Below, piece after piece: positions 12,363 to 21,000 of a DNA stretch of 45,798 bases. The DNA lies in NCBI GenBank assembly GCA_000320545.1, contig ADNK01001788.1, forward strand, positions 1 through 45,798, written 5' to 3'. This DNA is from Bigelowiella natans CCMP2755 (taxonomy: Eukaryota; Protista; Cercozoa). The notes beneath the pieces are model-generated. The model was not told the origin of the DNA. It was given only the letters and a program-made list of their open reading frames with translations, and did not search any database. Each line of letters begins with the position of its first letter. Within the stretch, counting starts at the first letter, position 1. Position numbers and translations under genes: made by a program.

Positions 12363-13223
12363 GGCAATGATGTGCTTCATGCTATCACAATGTGTTTGCA
12401 TGAAAGCATCCGTGTCATCTGTCCGTTCGAAGCATGTGTGCACAGCAGTCCTCATCTAAATATAAGCATGCATGGCGATGCGGCGGCTATTCAGATATCG
12501 TCATGTCAAGAAACCGCGTGCGCACGTACGTACGTCTAGCTAGCTAGCAGACGTGCTAGCGTGCATGCATGCGCAGCTGCTAGGAACATCACTCTATAGC
12601 TAGCAGTCGTAGGCTGGCCGCAATGGAGGCCTAACAAAAATGGACATTGCATCGAAGTATAGAGAACTATAGCTAGTCTGCCGCTATCTAGCTGTGGCCG
12701 TTGAGTTCGCAGCATGTAGCTCTACAGCTGCATATCACTATAGTGGTCGTACATTGGCTGCCTACGTCGTTAGGTTGATGTGCTGCTACACACATATGCG
12801 CGGTGTTCTATAGCTCTAGAGCTGCAAGTACGTAGTTGCGCGGCGTCGCAGATGCTGACAACACGATCTAATAAGAAAAGCTTTACAAATGACTGAAATG
12901 CCTGCTCCCAGCAGTGGATAGGTGTAATCCAAGCCTTCAAATTGTGCCTGCAAACGCGGTGCATATGCTACGACTATTGAGTCTGGTTCAGGAAGAGACG
13001 AAGCTGCTGTCTATTGATATCATCCATCTTGTCGTGTGATGATTTCTGATGAAAATATTATCATCAGAATGGTTTCATCATCAGAAAGTCATATTCAAAT
13101 AGACCGGGATCTTCATCTTAATTTTCTTGCCAGAGATGGAGGAGTATCGAACTACAGTTTTGTACTTGCTCTGGACAGTCAAATTAATGCAAATACATGA
13201 GTTGGCATGATGCAAGTACTTTA

Positions 13224-14003
13224 TCATTTTTGCACCTTCTTTTTCTTCTTCGGCTCGTCTTCCGAACTAGATGATTCGTCATCGCTAGTGCATAATTCAA
13301 AAGACATGAATATAGAGGCTATAAGATCGAGCGACATATCTCATACCTGTCAGAATCACTGTCGGATTTCTTCTTCTTCTTCTTCTGAAATGTAAAGAAA
13401 AAGTAGAGGCATGAGTGTGAGAGAAGAGACCAACACTCATATTTTCCTTCTATTAAGGGAAGTGTCGACCTTTTTCTTTTTCTTCTTGTCCTTTTTCTTC
13501 GTTTTCTTTTTATCTTTCTTCTTCTCTTTCCTAATTAAGAACAAATGATAATGTACGAAGTTAGGCCGTTGCTTAGCTTTCACGCAATGAGGAATTACTT
13601 GCGCCTTTTCTTTGATTTTCGGCTTGATTCCTTACTATCCTCTGAGTCCGAATCATCTTTCTTATCTATTTTACTTCCCCGTTTGGAAGATTTTGAGGAT
13701 CTACTCTTGCCCTCATCATCATCACTTTCTTCGCCGTCTTCGAGCCGCCTTTTAGTTCCTTTCTTCCTCTTCTCCTCGGCCTCTTTATTCGGACCTAAAG
13801 CATAGGATATATGCAATAAATAGGACTGGGGGAGATTTGTCGGTTTATCTATCCTATGGTATCGAAGGTTTGCTCAGTCAAATCACAACTTTATTAGCTG
13901 TGTCTCCAGCGGAATGAGTACCGCTACTCTTTAAACTGCTGAATCAAGTAACTTGCATTGATCTTGAATATTCTATTACTGCATACAGACCATCGTCCGG
14001 CAT
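13224..14003 (-). CDS. Small Lys/Asp/Ser-rich, probably nuclear, low-complexity protein (about 5 exons)
   Basis: In-phase exons GPNKEAEEKRKKGTKRRLED..KKRRK / KEKKKDKKKTKKK.. / KKKKKKSDSDSDS / DDESSSSEDEPKKKKKVQK*. The first exon (MPDD, ATG at 14003) is tentative. Confidence 0.7.
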
Positions 14004-14733
14004 TGCTCTCGAAAATCCACACCTCCACCGAATCTATCTCAAGTATGGAGGGTTCTTGTCTGGGCGCGAGGAGCAATCGCGTTGGTGCGTGGGCCGCTGC
14101 GGATGGCTGACCTCTGTGTTTGAAGGCTGTTCCACGTCGCAATAAGGCCTTTTTTTTATCGGCCTTTTGACAGAAATTGTTAGTTGTTCAGATAAATTAT
14201 TCTAAAATATTTTACCAAAGGATAGTTCCCGAGTAATATGTAGCCCAAACGGAGTCATTCTGCTTTAGGAATCCGCGCCAACACGGCTTCTCCGAAGACG
14301 AGCGAAGAAATCGCAGCACCAGTGGTAGTATGGGGAGTTAGTTTTGTACCAAGAGCGAATTTGTAGAACGGAGTACAAACGTGATATATTTTCATCCTGC
14401 GTCTTGACGTACAGAACCTTTCAGATAGTGCCGAGAAGATGTTAAAGTTTGCGACTTAATTCTTCGGCAAGGGATGACTTTGAAATGAGTTTGAATTTGG
14501 CACCACTGCAGGAACAGGAAGGAGCCCTGCGACTTTGAGGGGAGGAAAGCTTGGAAATTCTGATGGGATCCTAGGCTGGGAACTAAATCGACTGCCACCC
14601 TCTTCCTACCAAACCTAGTCAAAAAGATAAAATCCTATCGTATAGGCGCGGTCAATAATACTCAGAAGAAGAAAATATGAAGATAGAGTGAGAATCAAGA
14701 ACTCGCAGCTGTTCTTAAGAAGCGTTGGAACGA

Positions 14734-16557
14734 ATGTTACTCCGTCTTATCACCTTGCTTGCAGCAGTGACGTTGTCATTCAGCTTACACAAGGGGGGAG
14801 GAACAAGCATTAGTATGGGTGGAGCATCTGCTGATATACAGAGAAGTCTCGAGGCTACCGAAACCGGAGACACTGACAAGCTGCGCTTCGCAAACAATGC
14901 AAGGCAGATGGACGAAGTGCGGCAAGAGCTGGAGAGAAGTATGTCTGACAACAAGGATGAGGACCACAGTAATCCACCCGTGGATACAGATGAGACTGTC
15001 CCCGGAAATGACGTTGGCGAGGTTTCGCCAAGCTCAGACCAGGCCAATATGTTGAGAAAGCTTCTCAAACACTTGGAGGAGCTGAAGAACCATAGTCGCC
15101 ATGCACAGGTTCTTATTGATTCTTCTGAAAAGGAATTGTTTCATCTCCAACAACTCTCTGCAAGCCTTCATTCTCGCGTAGAGGTCGAAGCAGAGAGAGT
15201 CGGCGAGAAAAGAAATGTGACACAGCAGGAACTGGAGGACGTAAGGCGGCAGCTTCAGGATACAGGCGTCGTTCTGCAATCCTCGCGCATGATTCTTCAG
15301 TCTCGAGCAAATGCCTCCCATGACGAAAATGCATACGTGATTAAGTTGGATGAAAGTCTCAAAGAGCTCGCAGGAGTCATGTACCTCCTAAAGCGGTGGA
15401 GGAAGAAGGTCAAGCTGCTACAGGCTGTTCTCCACAAGGAACAGATACTGTTCAAAGAGGCTCGCCGCGCATATGACCAGCGAAAAATGGAAAGATCCTC
15501 TCAAAAGCAAACGAGCTCTCCAACGAGCTCCCCAACGCAGCAGCCGACAAAATCATCGAACACCAGCAGCCCTTCCTCGCTCCTACTTCCGACAATCGCT
15601 CCTACTTTGAGTCCTTCTCGCTGCCCTTCTCTTTCTCCATCACCACCGGCAACATTGTCGCCATCATCACTACCAACTACGTCATTACCAGTAGTCACTA
15701 CGACAACAAGATCGCCATCTTCATCACCGACATCATCGCCGTCTTCATCACCGACATCATCGCCATCTTTATCACCAATGACGTTATCGCCATCTTCATC
15801 GCCGTTTTCATCTCCAGTGACCTTGTCGCCATCTACAGCAGCAGCACCGAATAGAGGGACAACAACAGCTGCCACGGCAACAACCAGAGAGTCAGAAACC
15901 TCGATATCTTCAAACCCTTGCAGCAGTGACGCTGATGTAGATCCATGTGACGATATATCTTCACCGGATGATCCTATGGCTGGAAGGAAGGGCCGCCCGG
16001 CAAAGAGCATCGAGCAGGACGAAAAGAACGCCTCGTTGGACGTGGAGCAACTTCATTCTATACTCAAAAAATCCCGACGCATTTTTTCCATAATGCAGCA
16101 AATGGAAGTGACGATCCTAAACAAAATTAAGCACCTTGCAGAGTACTTTGAGCGGAAAAGGCACAAGAACATGAAAGAATTTGTTGCCTTGCTGCTGGAG
16201 CTGAAGAACGGCCGGAAGGCGGTCAAGACATTACGGGAGCAGGTTCATAGTCTGAGCGATGACCTCATTGAGACGAAAACCAAGCTCAGCCAGGAGCATA
16301 GCACAAGCAAGGCTCTATCGGTGGAAATCGACCGCGAAATAGAGGTAGCGCGCGAGAGCTTCGACAGGCAAATCGTCGCATTCGAAAAGTTTCAGAGCGC
16401 CGTGGGGAAGACAAGGAGTGCCCATGAGCACATGTCAGGTAGTGTGGAAAAGCAGCATACTGTGCGAGAGATCCTAGATGAATCCAAGGCCTTGCTGACC
16501 AGGCCAGTCGATTGCATTGGAGCTAGCTGCAAGAGGACTAAGCAAGTTGCAACATGA
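14734..16557 (+). CDS. Intronless secreted protein: coiled coil - Ser/Pro/Thr-rich mucin-like linker - coiled coil
   Basis: ~607-aa ORF with a signal-peptide-like start (MLLRLITLLAAVTLSFSLH), two heptad-rich regions and central SSSPT/SPS repeats. Confidence 0.8.
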   Translation: MLLRLITLLAAVTLSFSLHKGGGTSISMGGASADIQRSLEATETGDTDKLRFANNARQMDEVRQELERSMSDNKDEDHSNPPVDTDETVPGNDVGEVSPSSDQANMLRKLLKHLEELKNHSRHAQVLIDSSEKELFHLQQLSASLHSRVEVEAERVGEKRNVTQQELEDVRRQLQDTGVVLQSSRMILQSRANASHDENAYVIKLDESLKELAGVMYLLKRWRKKVKLLQAVLHKEQILFKEARRAYDQRKMERSSQKQTSSPTSSPTQQPTKSSNTSSPSSLLLPTIAPTLSPSRCPSLSPSPPATLSPSSLPTTSLPVVTTTTRSPSSSPTSSPSSSPTSSPSLSPMTLSPSSSPFSSPVTLSPSTAAAPNRGTTTAATATTRESETSISSNPCSSDADVDPCDDISSPDDPMAGRKGRPAKSIEQDEKNASLDVEQLHSILKKSRRIFSIMQQMEVTILNKIKHLAEYFERKRHKNMKEFVALLLELKNGRKAVKTLREQVHSLSDDLIETKTKLSQEHSTSKALSVEIDREIEVARESFDRQIVAFEKFQSAVGKTRSAHEHMSGSVEKQHTVREILDESKALLTRPVDCIGASCKRTKQVAT

Positions 16558-16657
16558 TAGAGTCGCATCAGTCAATGCAGCAATTGTTAAATGATGAGAT
16601 TTACAAACTAAGCGTACCATTACATGCGTACAACACACATACAGACACACAAACATA

Positions 16658-16696
<39 letters not shown>

Positions 16697-16766
16697 ACAT
16701 GCACATGTAGGCTGTGACAAGCTATACATTTTGTGTGTGTGTACATGCATGCTAAACACACATACA

Positions 16767-16872
16767 TGTATGAGACGGATGTAATGAAATAATTACATGT
16801 TTCAATGGTCATCCCAATTAAGCTGTGCAGATGAGCGGCGGCTACAGCTCTAAGATTGTGTTTGTTTGTTTC
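16767..16872 (+). repeat. Dispersed ~100-bp repeat, copy 3 (may extend to an inverted terminus at 17152-17161)
   Basis: TGTATGAGACGGATGTAATGAAATAATTACATGTTTCAATGGTCATCCCAATTAAGCTGTGCAG..GCGGCTACAGCTCTAAGATTGTGTTTGTTTGTTTC. Confidence 0.9.
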
Positions 16873-17666
16873 AATCATTGTTTCATGTTTGAAACTTGTC
16901 AATGTTGTTGTACCTTTGAACATCCTCCTTGGTCACCTTTTTGGTGTCGCAATTCCCATCTGTCTGTCTGTCTGTCTGTGTGTGTGTGTGTGTGTGTGTG
17001 CATGTGTGCACGCGCGGTGTTGCTGGCTAGTCAGTGGGACGCACGATATAACGATGAACAGTTGCGTTTGTTTGATGAAAGAGGGAAAAGTGTTCCCTGC
17101 CACGCCTGCACACGTTCCCAATGTGAAGTAAAGCTGGGGAGTCGTGATGCACCGTCTCACAGGATTGCACCAGTGCACACGCACAGTGACAACTGTTGCT
17201 GCGTTGGAACGTGCGCAGCAATGTCCACATGGGCATCTCACCTCGCAAGCAAACAAGTTTTCATCTGCCGGTTTGTGGGCGTTGCATTGTGCGTCCTTTC
17301 GCTAGCTGTGTGGGCGCGTGCGTGTACGACAGCATCGCATCACACTTTGTCCCACTCTGAGTCATCACTTTTCAGCGAATGTCAGTGTTGCTTGGCTCAA
17401 AATTGCACGATGCCCGCATGGCCACAAAAGGAATGACGGCCAGCAAGCTCGTTGGCACACAGACCACGCTAGCACGACTCAAACAGTTGGCTGCGCAACG
17501 GCCACGCTGGCACGGCCTCAGTGCATGCACGTGAACAAGAAGCGATCTCGCAAGCTGTTCGGGACCTCGTGCACGACTCAATGCAAGTTGCAAGCACGAA
17601 GAAGGAAAGAAGGAAGCGAAAATTTTCCCCAGTGCAGCTGAAAGGATCGTTGATGCACCAACTCAC

Positions 17667-17992
17667 TGTTGCGCGTAAGGTGTTCACAGGCCGAGGCGCT
17701 ACGTGCACAAGTAGGCAGGGGGGGGGAAAGGCACGTTTGCTTCCTTTTGAAGAGTTGTGTTTATTTTTATTAAAGATTATATTTTTATTAAATCGTGCAC
17801 TGCGTAATCATTCGCGAAGCTTTCGCGAATGCCGCCGCACGTGGGGCAGCACACTTCCGGTGTGCTGCCATGAGTCCCGCCGGAACCCACGTGCCTATGC
17901 TGTATTAATATCTACGTTATCTATATTCTATATCCGCGACAACCCCTTTGTTGTCGCACGTGACTTGTGCCCGCGTAGTGGTACGCGCTACA
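17667..17992 (-). repeat. 3' LTR
   Basis: TGTTGCGCGTA...TACGCGCTACA (10/11 terminal inverted match); identical by eye to 23057-23382. Confidence 0.97.
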
Positions 17993-18003
17993 CCTCCCCC
18001 AAG
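17993..18003 (-). promoter_or_regulatory. Polypurine tract of the LTR element
   Basis: Minus strand reads (CTT)GGGGGAGG directly against the 3' LTR; a further purine run lies at ~18012-18036. Confidence 0.8.
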
Positions 18004-18043
18004 TCACGTTGCTCCTTCCTTCCTTCCTTATTCCCTTAGACCT

Positions 18044-21000
18044 TCATCGCTTTCGGAACTTCACCAACCACCAGGTAATAGATTCCTCTCTAACCTTATC
18101 TCCTTTGTCGCTTACCCAGAACTCACCTTCGTCCTTAGGTTCGTGTCCATACCAGCCCTCTGCATCAAGGTCCCCCAGGACCTTATACCAGTGCTCAAAG
18201 GGTAAGTCGGGAACAGCTAGGTAGAGTAGCTGATATTTTCCGTCCTTTATTTTCATAGCTACCCTCTCCATATTTCGTAATCCAGGGTAGCCTAGATAGA
18301 CAATCTTCATGCGCCAATCGTCGTTCACCCTGACCTTATTGTTTCCATATTCCACATCGAACTTAGGTCGGGGTCCTAAACAAGGCATTGCTCGCTCCCA
18401 CACAGTAGGGTTTACTTTAACATCCTCTAGGAGCTTCTCACCGATATCATAATTCTTTAGGTGACTGATGTGGCGCAAGGTGACCCTGTTCCCATCATAG
18501 ATGTAGTACTGCTTCCTCCCCTTCCTCTCGGTAACCTTTGCAACGCCACCCCAGAAGGGGTCTTGTTTATTTCTCGATCTCAGATTTACCTTGGCCCTAA
18601 CATACTGTCCTTCCTTTAGAACTCGGCCATCGTACGGGACCTTCTCGTCTTCGCTCTCGGTATCGTCGTCGTTGTCGTCGCCTTCTTCCCTCTCCTTATC
18701 CTTGATACCTCCCCCAGACGTGAAGGTGTCGTTTACTAACCCTTGTATCTTGTCTGGTGTGGTGCTATTTATCCTGCTTAGGTTGGCCAAGGTGCGGTGG
18801 AGTCGCTCTACCTTGGAGTTGGACTGGGCATAGTATACAGGTGAGGCATCAATATTAGGGTGTGGTAGCTGTAGAAGAGAGGTCTCATTATCCACATGTA
18901 ACTTCTTTGGTATCTTGTTTATGCTAACTTCATCAGGGATAGCCTGGAGCTCAGACTCCCAGGTACGGTAGCAGTTAGTAAGCCTCTGCTTATATAAGCC
19001 TTTGTTCTTCTTAGCAACGTTGACCTTGATAATCTTTTTAACCCAGCACTTTCCAGTGGCCACATCAACGAAGGTAAGGTAGTGATAGCCATCGTACTTA
19101 TAAACATCAATTTGCACGATATCTAAGAAGTTCCTTGCTTTGATTTTCTTAGATGCACGGCTCTTGCTGGACTCCTTGGTGGCGACGCCTGCCGCCTTCA
19201 AGCTGGAGCACCTGCAGCCACGCAGGTATGTCCTTATCTCTTTTAGCTTGTAGGGCCAGTAGTAATGGTAGAGTAGAGCAGTGATATGGTTTTCTCCTAC
19301 GTGTGCAGGTCCATGGGCGGTAAAGAGAAGGGCTCCCCTGGTCCGCCGTGGCACGTAGGTACGCCTAACATTATTAGTGTATACATATATCCTATCACTA
19401 AGTACCTCATGCTTGTGTTTGTATTTATCCAGGTGTTCTTGAAGGTGCTGGAGCTCCTCTGGCTCAGGCAGGAAGTCGCCGTCCTCGAAGGTAATCGCGT
19501 TAACCATAGGGGTGACCTGGGTAGGGACTTTCTTTTCGAACAGCCTGCTGAAATAGTCAGCAAGCTGCTTGTCTCCTGGTGCGTAGACCACTGTCCTCTT
19601 GTCCCTAAACTCTTCCGTGTCCGCCCTCATAGCTGCATACTCATCGTTAGGCGCTTCGAGCTTGCGGTCGATGCCTAGGAGGGGCTTGTGGTCAGTCATT
19701 AAGGTGAAGCTGGGCACCGACAGCAGGTAGTATCTTAGTTTCCTCTGCGCCTCAGTCATGGCTTTATACTCTCCTTTTGTAGGGCTGTACTTGGCCTCAG
19801 CTGCTGTGCAGGCCCTGCCCCACACCCGTATGATCTGCTGGTCTTGGGTAAGTACAGCAGCCATACCTAGCTTAGACCAGTCTGTCCATAGGGTAGCTGG
19901 TCTAGTAGTGTCTAGCTTAGCATTCAATAGGGTGTTGCTGCATAACTTTATTAGGTTATCGAAGTGGGCATCAAGGCCAGCCTTGGCCCACACCTTAGCG
20001 AAGCTGAGGCCTACAGAGTTCTCCTTCCGGTAAGCAGTAGTAAAAGCAGCTGCAGTCCTAGCGTAGGTAGGGGAGAACCTACGTAGTATCCAAGCTGCAG
20101 TCTGCAAGAATGACTTTAACTCCTTTGCATTCTTAGGTTTAGGGGCTTGCTGTAGTGCTGCTACTTTCTCGGGGTTTGGGGTGATGCGGCCTTGCTCCAG
20201 GTAATATCCACACCACTTGATTCTTGTAGCTAGGAATGTACACTTCTGCAGTCTAATAGTAAAACCGAAGTGTGCAAACCTAATAAATATATTTTCCAGG
20301 AGGAAGATCTGAGCGACGACTGTGTTGGTACATATTATGTCATCATCCACATACACAAACACAAACACCCACAACACAGACGCCATCCCATCATGTGTGT
20401 ATGCCCTGTAGTTCTGACTACTGAACGCATCCCCTGATATGCTTAGGCCGTAAGGGAATACGACGAAGTGCCACTTCCTGTGCCTGCTGGAGAACGCGGT
20501 AATGGGGCGGGAGGTTTTGTGGATGGGTGTCTGCATGTATGATTCATTTTTATCTAGGGAAGAGTAGTATTTGTATCCTATGACGTGTTCAATAACGTCA
20601 TCTATCCTTGGTGTAGGTGTCTGGATCCTCTTTATTACTCGGTTGTGGCGGATGAAGTTGTGCGCCAGGCGGAAGAAAGGGTAAGTAGGTTTCTTAGCTA
20701 GCACATGTCTCACGTTCCATGGTGAGTTGCTTGGCTCTATCTTCCCTTCCTTTGCCCATTCATTGATCTGCCACTCTATCTTTTCCCAGTCCGCTTCCGG
20801 TCGCCTATGTTCTGGGTCATTGATGATGCACTCTTCGTATCCCTTCTTTAGCTCGATCTTTACTGGGGTAAGCTTGCTGGAGGGCTTCGTCGTCGGCTTG
20901 GTGATGTCAGAGTACTTCTCGTTTAATATTTTATTAATGTACTTTTTGCCTTTGTCGATATCCCAATCATCAGCTGGGGGGGTCTTGTCCAGTAGCTCCG

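Noticed and set aside
13037-13091. Hammerhead ribozyme (CTGATGA...GAAA on both strands)
   Set aside because: Stem II does not close directly onto GAAA, and stems I/III with a cleavage triplet cannot be formed; the motifs arise from the inverted repeat.
17521-18039. 172-aa and 123-aa (23040-23411) ORFs with shared sequence
   Set aside because: They read through the LTRs antisense to the element; the shared sequence is just the LTR duplication.
18047-18424. Chromodomain or env gene at the end of pol
   Set aside because: No chromodomain signature (Y.VKW.G...TWEP) and no separate ORF with signal or transmembrane segments.
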